A stretch of 32,820 bases of DNA, taken from assembly GCA_048941265.1 (NCBI GenBank), contig JBHLNT010000033.1:1-32820 (forward strand). The letters are read 5' to 3'. Shown in pieces: positions 17,452 to 25,603 of the stretch. This DNA is from Promethearchaeota archaeon (GTDB lineage Archaea; Asgardarchaeota; Lokiarchaeia; Sigyniarchaeales; SOKP01). Numbering within the stretch: the first letter of the stretch is position 1; every line of letters starts with the position of its first letter. A program made the translations under genes and the position numbers. Under the pieces are notes generated by a model. The model did not search any database. It was not told where the DNA came from and saw only the letters and a program-made list of their open reading frames with translations.

Positions 17452-17979
17452 ATCTCTGATATAGAGGAAAGTTATAAATTTAAGATTTGTATTTATGGCG
17501 CGGGTGGTGTTGGTAAAACCTCACTCTTAATCCGTTATGTTCAGGATAGATTTGAGGAAAATTTAATTAAGACAATTGGGACAAATTTTCTCATTAAAGA
17601 TGTAAAAATTGATGATATAAATCTTAGATTATTACTGTGGGATATTGGGGGTCAAGCTCAGTTCGCAAAGCTTAGAACAATCTATTTTAAAGGGAGTAAT
17701 GCGGCACTTGGTGTTTTTGCTCTCGATAATTTACCTTCCTTACTTAAATTACCTGGTTGGGTCAGTTCTATTAAAAAAACGGTGAAAAAATCTATCCCCA
17801 TGATAATTTTAGGCAATAAATCAGATTTGACACGTCAAGTTGATCAAGCAGAGGCAGAAGATTTAGCCAAAAGGTTAGGCGGTGAATATTTAGAGACGTC
17901 AGCAAAAACAGGAGACAATGTAGAGCTGGCATTTAAAAAAATTGCAAAAGCATGTCTCGAGAGTGTTTTAATTGAATAA
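17452..17979 (+). CDS. Rab-like small GTPase (Ras superfamily), about 175 aa; probable ATC start
   Basis: In frame with the 17782 ORF: YKFKICIYGAGGVGKTSL (G1), KTIG (G2), LWDIGGQ (G3), GNKSDL (G4) and ETSAK (G5). The upstream in-frame stop is at 17431-17433 and GAGGT is at 17440-17444. Confidence 0.92.
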   Translation: MSDIEESYKFKICIYGAGGVGKTSLLIRYVQDRFEENLIKTIGTNFLIKDVKIDDINLRLLLWDIGGQAQFAKLRTIYFKGSNAALGVFALDNLPSLLKLPGWVSSIKKTVKKSIPMIILGNKSDLTRQVDQAEAEDLAKRLGGEYLETSAKTGDNVELAFKKIAKACLESVLIE

Positions 17980-18039
17980 TTGATGATTCAAATCTAATTT
18001 TTTTTTGTTAATAAAGATTTTATTATTCTAAATTTTCTT

Positions 18040-18663
18040 TTAGTTAATATTTATTCCTAAATTTCCTAATTCTTCAATTAAATTTTCCACAGTCGTAAAA
18101 TGAATTCCCTTTATCCCTACCTGCTTAGCAGATACCACATTATTAACACCATCATCGATTAATAAAATTTCTTTTGGTTTGCATCCCGCTTTTTTGATTG
18201 CAAACTCGAAAATCCTTCTTTCAGGTTTTGTCATGTGTACTTCATGGGAAAGTATTAATTCATCAAAATATTCAATAAATTCCCATTTTTGCTGTAATAA
18301 ATAATCCCAATGACTTGCGTTTACGTTTGATAAAGCAATTAGTTTATATGCATTACTATTTTTCAACTTTTTTAATATTTCTATGATTTCTTGATTAAAT
18401 CCTGAAATTATGCTATTAAACGCATCAAAAAATTCATTTTGATTTAAAGCGCAGACTTGCAATAATTCACAGGCAAGCTGGTAAAATTCATCGTCACTCA
18501 TATTTCCTTGATGGTAGATATCTGATTGTCTGAAAAATTCTAACATAATTGGAGTTTGTGGTTTATTTAATGGGGATAGCGTTATAATTCTATTATAAAA
18601 ATTTGAAAAATCTAACTCTACAATTACACCGCCTAAATCAAAAATTATAGCTTTAATCGTCAT
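18040..18663 (-). CDS. HAD-family phosphatase (YihX-like)
   Basis: IIFDLGGV, LSN, KPE and IDDGVNNV. Confidence 0.92.
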   Translation of the reverse strand: MTIKAIIFDLGGVIVELDFSNFYNRIITLSPLNKPQTPIMLEFFRQSDIYHQGNMSDDEFYQLACELLQVCALNQNEFFDAFNSIISGFNQEIIEILKKLKNSNAYKLIALSNVNASHWDYLLQQKWEFIEYFDELILSHEVHMTKPERRIFEFAIKKAGCKPKEILLIDDGVNNVVSAKQVGIKGIHFTTVENLIEELGNLGININ

Positions 18664-18682
18664 AAATCTCGATAGTAAACAC

Positions 18683-20743
18683 TTATTTACGGAATGATAC
18701 TTTAGTAGAAAACTTCCTAAATGGGATAGGAAGCTTATGTTTTGGAAATCCTCTTGTATCTTCTTTAAGCATTTCTAAGAATTCTTCAAGTTGAATATTA
18801 TTGAATTGCTCAGAAGTCCTTTTTTTTGGTCCAAAAGGTTTTCCTATGAGTCTCTTTCGAATAGAAACAGTTTCATTTTCTTCTTCTTTTTTTCCTAAAA
18901 TAACGATGTATGGAACCCAATCGATTTCTGCTTGTCTTATTTTTTTTCCTAATGTTTCTTCTCTATCATCGAAATCAGCACGATAACCTTCCTTATTTAG
19001 AATATTTAAGATCTTTTGAGCATACTCATTTTGTTTATCACCTACGGTAAGCAATCTCGCTTGAATAGGGGCTATCCATGTTTTAAAACCGGGAACAATT
19101 GTATCCTTATTTCTTACAGCAGTTTCAATTAATCCCCATAACACTCTCTCTAATCCCCCTGTAGGTGAATTATGAAGAATAATAGGATATTTTATTTGAC
19201 CATCTACATCAGTAAAATGGATATTGTATTTTTGCCTCTTTTTCCCCTCAAAATCTTCCATAAATTCTAAAGAACTTTCTACATCTATTTGGTTCGTTGC
19301 TAAAGTTGCGCTCTTATTTTCCGCTGAAAGGACATTTCTTTCAAATTTTAATATATAATAATAATATCTATCTTCCCATAATTCAATTAAGGCAGGTTTT
19401 TCTTCAGATTTAATTAATTCAATAATCCAATCTTTATTATCTTCATAAAAATCTGTAGTTGCTCTAAATATAGCATAACTTATGATTCCTAAATCTTGTT
19501 CCAGATTCTTTATTAACTCATATTGAAGTTTAAATTCAGTAATAGAAGATTCTAAATCCTTGCAGAGAGTGTGCATGTCTGGCATGATAAATCCCCGCAA
19601 TCGCCTTATACCTGATAATTCGCCTTCTTGTTCTCTACGAAAATCATATTGTTCATATTCATATGCTCTTAACGGTAAATATTGAGGTTTTAAATTCATG
19701 CTACTAAATAAATCAAATAATAAGAAATCAGAAGCATATCTCAATAAATATCTATCACTCCCAGATTCAACCCAATAACTCCTTGCCGGGAATCGAGCTG
19801 TTTGAGCAGTTAACTTTTTATTTTTTACAGTATACATTATTGGAGTATCAATAAGAATTGCCCCATAATCTATTAATCTATCTTCAATGAAATTTTTTAT
19901 TAAATTTTTCATGATTACCCCTTTCGTATACCATCGAAAATTGCCTTTATCCGTATTTTCATCGAAATCAACTAGCTCAAATTCCTGCATAACTTTTATG
20001 TGGGCTGGTTCAATTGCTTTATCTACTATCCTAGAACCCAGTTCAGACTTTAGGAACAAATTAAAGTCTATGTCTTTAATATCTTTTAAGGGTAAAGCTT
20101 TCCCTTGTTTATCAAATTTTAAATCAATCTCCTTCCCTGCGGTAGTCACCACTTTAAATATGGAATTTTTGATTTGCTCCTCAGGTTTAATGGCTAACTT
20201 AACATCTCGATACATTTCCGCAACTTCATGACCAATACAATTGATTTTAAAAGATTTGTACCATCCAAACGGAGAAAATTTTGCCTCGATTCCTTTTTCT
20301 TCCAATAATTTTGCAATTTTAGGACAAACTTCCATAGCATTGGACTCATGACTTAAGAATTTGCTCAAATGCGCCCAAGGATATACTAAAACCTTATCAA
20401 CACGATACATATCTCTATCCTTAATTAATTCTATAATGTTTCGAGACTTTCCCTTAATTTTACCATTCTCAATATTTTTATTATATTCTCTTATTTCTTC
20501 ATTTTTCTCTCGAATTTTTTCAGGAAAACTCGTAATTTGGATGATTGCGTCTTCAACCACTTGTGCTCCTTGATTCGCGATAATATCGGTATCATATGTA
20601 TCTTGATCCTCAACAGATACATATGCTACTAGAACCAAACCCTCCATTTTAATGACATTTTCGGGAAATTCTTGAGGTTCACTTGTAGCTGGTTTATGCT
20701 TAACAACTTCAACACCATCTGAATGTATTAGTAAAATCTTCAT
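18683..20743 (-). CDS. thrS: Threonyl-tRNA synthetase, archaeal type with N-terminal editing domain
   Basis: MKILLIHSD, YPWAHLS and PFGWYKSF editing motifs; FRREQEGEL, MPDMHT, GGLER and the anticodon domain DDREETLGKKIR. Confidence 0.96.
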   Translation of the reverse strand: MKILLIHSDGVEVVKHKPATSEPQEFPENVIKMEGLVLVAYVSVEDQDTYDTDIIANQGAQVVEDAIIQITSFPEKIREKNEEIREYNKNIENGKIKGKSRNIIELIKDRDMYRVDKVLVYPWAHLSKFLSHESNAMEVCPKIAKLLEEKGIEAKFSPFGWYKSFKINCIGHEVAEMYRDVKLAIKPEEQIKNSIFKVVTTAGKEIDLKFDKQGKALPLKDIKDIDFNLFLKSELGSRIVDKAIEPAHIKVMQEFELVDFDENTDKGNFRWYTKGVIMKNLIKNFIEDRLIDYGAILIDTPIMYTVKNKKLTAQTARFPARSYWVESGSDRYLLRYASDFLLFDLFSSMNLKPQYLPLRAYEYEQYDFRREQEGELSGIRRLRGFIMPDMHTLCKDLESSITEFKLQYELIKNLEQDLGIISYAIFRATTDFYEDNKDWIIELIKSEEKPALIELWEDRYYYYILKFERNVLSAENKSATLATNQIDVESSLEFMEDFEGKKRQKYNIHFTDVDGQIKYPIILHNSPTGGLERVLWGLIETAVRNKDTIVPGFKTWIAPIQARLLTVGDKQNEYAQKILNILNKEGYRADFDDREETLGKKIRQAEIDWVPYIVILGKKEEENETVSIRKRLIGKPFGPKKRTSEQFNNIQLEEFLEMLKEDTRGFPKHKLPIPFRKFSTKVSFRK

Positions 20744-20878
20744 AATAATCTATAATCTTTATATTTCTATACTATTTCTACTAAAAAATTCTAAATATTT
20801 TTAGAACTATGATAATTAATTATATTTAAAATCAAAATTAATCATTACTAAAATTTTTATCGCATTTTTCAAAGCATA

Positions 20879-21520
20879 GTGAGTATGAATCTAAATAATA
20901 TTTTTTCGGAATTAATTGAAGCATTAGATAAATTAGATCAAGATAGAGAAGAGATTTTAAAACTTTCTCGGCAAATAATTCGGGATTGTAGTGTTGCAAT
21001 CAAGCATATCCACAGGAGAGAATTTAACCTATATCAAGAAAAAATTGATAATGTAAAAGTAATTCATGAAAAGCTGGTATCATTGGTTAATAAAAATATC
21101 GGAGTTTTTTTCAAGTATTTGAAAACTCCTGAACAAGAATATGCTGAGGCCGTTTCATTTTTTTCCATTATCATGAAGAAAGATTTACCAATGTCGAAAG
21201 TATTAAAAATTAATCCTTTAAACTATGCATTAGGTTTAGCAGATGTAGTTGGAGAATTACGTAGATATGTTTTAGATAATATAAGAAATTCTCAAATTGA
21301 CAATCTTAATGATATTTTAGAAAGTATGGATGAAATTTATACCTATTTGTTTTCTTTAGATTACCCCTCAGGAATTACGCAAGATTTAAGACATAAAACT
21401 GATCAGGCAAGAAATATTATTGAAAAAACTAGAGGAGATATCTCAATTTCTCTTCAAATGAATAGCTTAAGAGAATGTATAGAGAGTAATGTGCAAGATA
21501 ATGATCCAAAGAAAAAATAA
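20879..21520 (+). CDS. Translin/Trax (C3PO) family protein
   Basis: REEILKLSR, QEYAEA, YALGLADVVGELRR and LRHKTD. Confidence 0.9.
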   Translation: MSMNLNNIFSELIEALDKLDQDREEILKLSRQIIRDCSVAIKHIHRREFNLYQEKIDNVKVIHEKLVSLVNKNIGVFFKYLKTPEQEYAEAVSFFSIIMKKDLPMSKVLKINPLNYALGLADVVGELRRYVLDNIRNSQIDNLNDILESMDEIYTYLFSLDYPSGITQDLRHKTDQARNIIEKTRGDISISLQMNSLRECIESNVQDNDPKKK

Positions 21521-21537
21521 TTTTATAAGGTTTAAGA

Positions 21538-23100
21538 ATGCCCTTCGATACTGAAAATATTAAAAGACAAGCAAAGCGTAATTATGAAAAGGCATGGTTA
21601 GAAACTAAAATACTTTTAAAAGCAAGTGGAAATTATTTTAACCTTCAAAATAAAGGCAAATCTCATCCTGTTAATGATTTCATCTCTGATGCCAGAAAAA
21701 AAATGATTGCTTTAGGTTTCGAAGAAGTCATTTTGCCGATGTTTGTTGAAGAAGAGGAGGTATATAAACAATACGGGCCCGAGGCGGTCTTAATACTTGA
21801 TAGATTGTTTTACTTAGCTGGATTACCCCGCCCCGACATTGGAATTTCAAAAGATCGAATTGATAAAGTAAAAGATATCGCACCTAATGCCGTTAATCCT
21901 ATGGATGCCTTAAAAAGTATCTTTCGTATGTATAAAACAGGTGATATTGAGGCAGATGATATGCTTGAATTCTTAACTGAAGAATTATTAATTTCGGAGA
22001 GTCAAGCTTCAGAAATAATTGATAAAGTTTTTCCTGAGTTAAAAACATTAAAACCTATCCCTACTAAAACAACTTTAAGAAGCCATACCACGGCTTTATG
22101 GTTTAAAGTGTTAGCAGAGTTAAAAAAGAAGATGAGGCTCCCCCTTCAATGCTTCTCAATATGTACTAAATTTAGAAGGGAGCAAAAAATTGACGCTACG
22201 CACCTGTATGATTCAAATACATTATCTTTAGTAATCATGGCTAAGGAAATTTCATTACAAGATTGTCACAGTATATCTTCATTGATTTGCGAGCAATTAG
22301 GATTTAAAAACAGCAGAGCAGAAATCAAAAAAGCAACTTCAAAATATTATGCACCTCAGATGGAATTTGAGATATTCGTAGAACATCCAAAAACTAAAGA
22401 ATGGATTGAGATAGGCGATGGAGGTTTTTATAGTCCTGTCAGTCTTGCTCAATATGGAATACAATATCCTGTTTTTAACATCGGTTTTGGAGTAGAAAGA
22501 ATTTGCATGATAAAAACTGAAAATGAAGATATTAGAAAGCTTGTATATCCATATTTTTACGAAGATATCTCTTTTACAGATGATGAAATTTGTAAAGGCA
22601 TTAAATATAAAAAAATACCCCTCACAGAGAAGGGAACTGAAATTAAGGATGCTATTGTTAAAACAGCCATTAAACATAAAGATGAAAATTCACCCAAAGA
22701 GATCAAAGTTTGGCAAGGAACAATCAAAGACAAAAATATAGAGGTCTATATCTGGGAAAAAGATAAAAATGTGAAACTTTTAGGACCAGCAGCATTGAAT
22801 AAAATATGGATAAAAGATGGTAATGTGTTAGGACTTGCTTCTGGAGAAATTTTGGATGATGGGATAGATACTGGCAAAACTTATCTTGAAGGAATTGCAT
22901 CAGAAATGGCATATACTATTGAAATTATGCTCGATCAGAACAAATCAACGTATGATCATAGAGTAAAAATGTGCTATAGAGCATCTGAAATAAATATTGA
23001 AGTGGATGATATTATATTAGAATATATTCATTCCAAACAAAAAAAAATTGACATTAGAGGCCCTGTATTCATAGGACTCTCCTTTAAAATTATTGATTAA
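21538..23100 (+). CDS. sepS: O-phosphoseryl-tRNA(Cys) synthetase (SepRS)
   Basis: GKSHPV, KQYGPEA..ILDRLFYLAGLPRPDIG, TLRSH, FRREQ, SKYY, NIGFGVER, KLLGPA and IDIRGPVF. Confidence 0.93.
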   Translation: MPFDTENIKRQAKRNYEKAWLETKILLKASGNYFNLQNKGKSHPVNDFISDARKKMIALGFEEVILPMFVEEEEVYKQYGPEAVLILDRLFYLAGLPRPDIGISKDRIDKVKDIAPNAVNPMDALKSIFRMYKTGDIEADDMLEFLTEELLISESQASEIIDKVFPELKTLKPIPTKTTLRSHTTALWFKVLAELKKKMRLPLQCFSICTKFRREQKIDATHLYDSNTLSLVIMAKEISLQDCHSISSLICEQLGFKNSRAEIKKATSKYYAPQMEFEIFVEHPKTKEWIEIGDGGFYSPVSLAQYGIQYPVFNIGFGVERICMIKTENEDIRKLVYPYFYEDISFTDDEICKGIKYKKIPLTEKGTEIKDAIVKTAIKHKDENSPKEIKVWQGTIKDKNIEVYIWEKDKNVKLLGPAALNKIWIKDGNVLGLASGEILDDGIDTGKTYLEGIASEMAYTIEIMLDQNKSTYDHRVKMCYRASEINIEVDDIILEYIHSKQKKIDIRGPVFIGLSFKIID

Positions 23101-23123
23101 AATATTAAAAGTTTGAGGAAAAG

Positions 23124-23579
23124 ATGAAGAAAAATAAGAAAAAAGTAATGATTGCTGGTACCTTTGATATTTTACATCCAGGTCATATATTTTTAATAAA
23201 TGAAGCAGCTAAACTAGGAGATGTTTATGTAGTCGTAGCCACAGATAAAAATCGAGAAACATATTCCGGAATTGCCCCCATTGTTCCAGAAGAACAGAGA
23301 TTAGAATTGATAAAAAATATAAAAAATGTAAAAGATGCCAAATTAGGAAGACATGATAATGATACCCTAAAAACTGTTCAAGAAATTAACCCCGATATTA
23401 TATTGTTAGGACCTGATCAAAAATTTAGTGTTGAAAAACTTCAAAATGCACTTGAGATGAAAGGAATGAATCATATAGAAGTAAAAAGATTAGAAACATA
23501 TTATGATAAATTTGAACTACACTCGTCAAGTTTAATTAAGAATAAAATTATTGAACAAAAGAAAAAGAATCAATTATAA
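23124..23579 (+). CDS. ribL: FAD synthase (cytidyltransferase fold)
   Basis: GTFDILHPGH, PEEQR, PDIILLGPDQ and SSSLIK; adjacent to ribK. Confidence 0.85.
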   Translation: MKKNKKKVMIAGTFDILHPGHIFLINEAAKLGDVYVVVATDKNRETYSGIAPIVPEEQRLELIKNIKNVKDAKLGRHDNDTLKTVQEINPDIILLGPDQKFSVEKLQNALEMKGMNHIEVKRLETYYDKFELHSSSLIKNKIIEQKKKNQL

Positions 23580-23591
23580 AAAAGTAATAGT

Positions 23592-24302
23592 ATGTCAGAA
23601 GAATTTAAAATTAGTCCCGAAAATTATGCAAATTGGTTCGCGCTCTATCATCTTTGTCAGCAAATTGGAAATCAAAAGGCTATTTATATAAGTAGTGCGG
23701 AGTTGGGGGATATAATGGGAGTAAGCCAACAGACGGCCTCACGAAGAATACAAGATTTAGAGAAATTAGGGTGGATTAAACGAAGAATTGAAGGAAAAAC
23801 CCAGATAATTATGATACCGAAGCAAGGAGCAGATGCAATGCTTAAAGTTTATAAAGAATTAAAGCATATCCTTGAAAATATCTTGATAGTTGGTATTGTA
23901 TCTGAAGGTATGAAAGAAGGTGGATATTATGTTGCAATTAAAGGATATTATGAGCAATTTAAGGAAAAATTAGGATTTAAACCGTTTAAAGGTACACTAA
24001 ATTTAAAATTAAGTGAATTAAATAAAGCACTATTGAGAGAAAATCTTGAGACTCGAATGCCAATCATTATTGATGGATTTAAAGATGAAAATTCAGAGCG
24101 TACTTATGGAGAAGTAAAATGTTATGGGTGCAAAATTTCCTTATTAGATGATAGAGAACATAAAATTGATGCGGCTATTTTAGATATTGAGAGGACACAT
24201 CACCACGAAAATATTGTGGAAATCTTAGCGGAACCTTACCTAAGGGATTTTCTTAACTTAAAAGATGGAGATAAATTAATTATTGAATTAATTAAACACT
24301 AA
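23592..24302 (+). CDS. ribK: CTP-dependent riboflavin kinase with N-terminal wHTH (RbkR-like)
   Basis: SQQTASRR HTH, GMKEGGYY, PFKGTLN, RTHH and LRDFLNLKDGD. Confidence 0.92.
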   Translation: MSEEFKISPENYANWFALYHLCQQIGNQKAIYISSAELGDIMGVSQQTASRRIQDLEKLGWIKRRIEGKTQIIMIPKQGADAMLKVYKELKHILENILIVGIVSEGMKEGGYYVAIKGYYEQFKEKLGFKPFKGTLNLKLSELNKALLRENLETRMPIIIDGFKDENSERTYGEVKCYGCKISLLDDREHKIDAAILDIERTHHHENIVEILAEPYLRDFLNLKDGDKLIIELIKH

Positions 24303-24309
24303 AAATGTC

Positions 24310-24951
24310 TTATTTCTTATTTTGTTTCTTTTTAATTATATTATTAATCTTGAAAAATCTAAAAAAGGCTGTTCCGAGTACTAAACACATGAAAAGAAAT
24401 AGAAATTCGTTATAAAATGCATTTATACAAAAAGCTATTATTGAAGTAATGAAAATATAAAATAAACGCTCTGATCGGGCCATTAATCCTAAATCAAACT
24501 CCCGTTTATTAAATTCTCCTTTAAAAAAATTTTCTGCTCTCGCTCTCACATAACTCGTCATTAATGTGGCTAAGAATGTAATAAATATAATTAATTTCAT
24601 ATCAATTAAATTCCATAGAAATTCATTCCACGAAAATATTAATAAAGCTAAGAAAATAACGAATTCTGAAATCCTATCCATTACAGAATCAAAAAAACCT
24701 CCAAAAGCACTTGACTTGTTAGTTAATCGAGCAATAGCGCCATCACATCCGTCCATAATACCGGTAATAAACACAAATATCCCGAAAATCAAAAGGTTAA
24801 AAAAAAAAACTAATGCAATAAAACTTAAAATTGCACTAAAAAGCATAAGAATTGTTGCTAAATTTGGTGTAATTCCAATTTTACTTAATACTTTTGCAAT
24901 TAAATTAACAAGGGGTCGAAAAATATACCTTAAACGAAGTTTTGATGGCAT
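24310..24951 (-). CDS. CDP-alcohol phosphatidyltransferase (archaetidylinositol-phosphate synthase-like)
   Basis: TPN, DGCDGAIAR...GGFFDSVMDR signature, SYVRARAE and RSER. Confidence 0.9.
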   Translation of the reverse strand: MPSKLRLRYIFRPLVNLIAKVLSKIGITPNLATILMLFSAILSFIALVFFFNLLIFGIFVFITGIMDGCDGAIARLTNKSSAFGGFFDSVMDRISEFVIFLALLIFSWNEFLWNLIDMKLIIFITFLATLMTSYVRARAENFFKGEFNKREFDLGLMARSERLFYIFITSIIAFCINAFYNEFLFLFMCLVLGTAFFRFFKINNIIKKKQNKK

Positions 24952-25277
24952 TTTATAGTTTATAAAGAAATCGAAGATGAGATGTTTAAATAGTAAAACA
25001 TGATATTAATTTATAATATTTTTATTTCTCACATAATTTCAAATGTAATTAATGATTGATTTTTAACCAATTCATCTAATAAATATTTTCAATCTTGAAA
25101 ATAATGAATTATTAATTAATATTAATTAATCAATATCATCAACCTGTAAACGGAATCTATATTATTTCTATAAAAAAAGATTCTTTGAATAACCATTTAT
25201 TGATAAATAGATTTTTTTATCATAAATGTTTTAAATTAATAATCAATACTGACCTACAATAATGAGATTGAAAATCG

Positions 25278-25583
25278 TTGAAATTACGTTTAGTCTTAAA
25301 ATCTAAAACAAAGAAAGGAAAAGAAATAAACATTAAGTTTAATATTGCGCCAAGAAAACATATTGGTTTTATTAATTTTATCAATTTAGCATTAAATCAA
25401 GATGCTCCCATCGAATTAACTTTTGAAAAAATATCAAAATCAGGTGAAAAAGAAGAAAGCAAGGTTTTTGGACAATTTAAATTACAAGGTAAAGATGCAG
25501 GAAGATTAATGCAGTTGGAAGAAGAGATTCAAGAAAAAGAACAAAAAAGAAAAAAACAGCACGAGAGAAGAAAGCATAAATAG
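25278..25583 (+). CDS. Hypothetical basic protein, 101 aa
   Basis: TTG-start ORF filling the gap, with a beta-rich N-terminus and a charged C-terminal helix. Confidence 0.7.
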   Translation: MKLRLVLKSKTKKGKEINIKFNIAPRKHIGFINFINLALNQDAPIELTFEKISKSGEKEESKVFGQFKLQGKDAGRLMQLEEEIQEKEQKRKKQHERRKHK

Positions 25584-25603
25584 AATTTTTGTATTCCCAA
25601 ATT

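Noticed and set aside
25111-25130. Perfect 20-bp palindrome ATTAATTAATATTAATTAAT between divergent genes
   Set aside because: It is purely A/T and low complexity in a very AT-rich spacer. It could be an operator, but the sequence alone does not support that.
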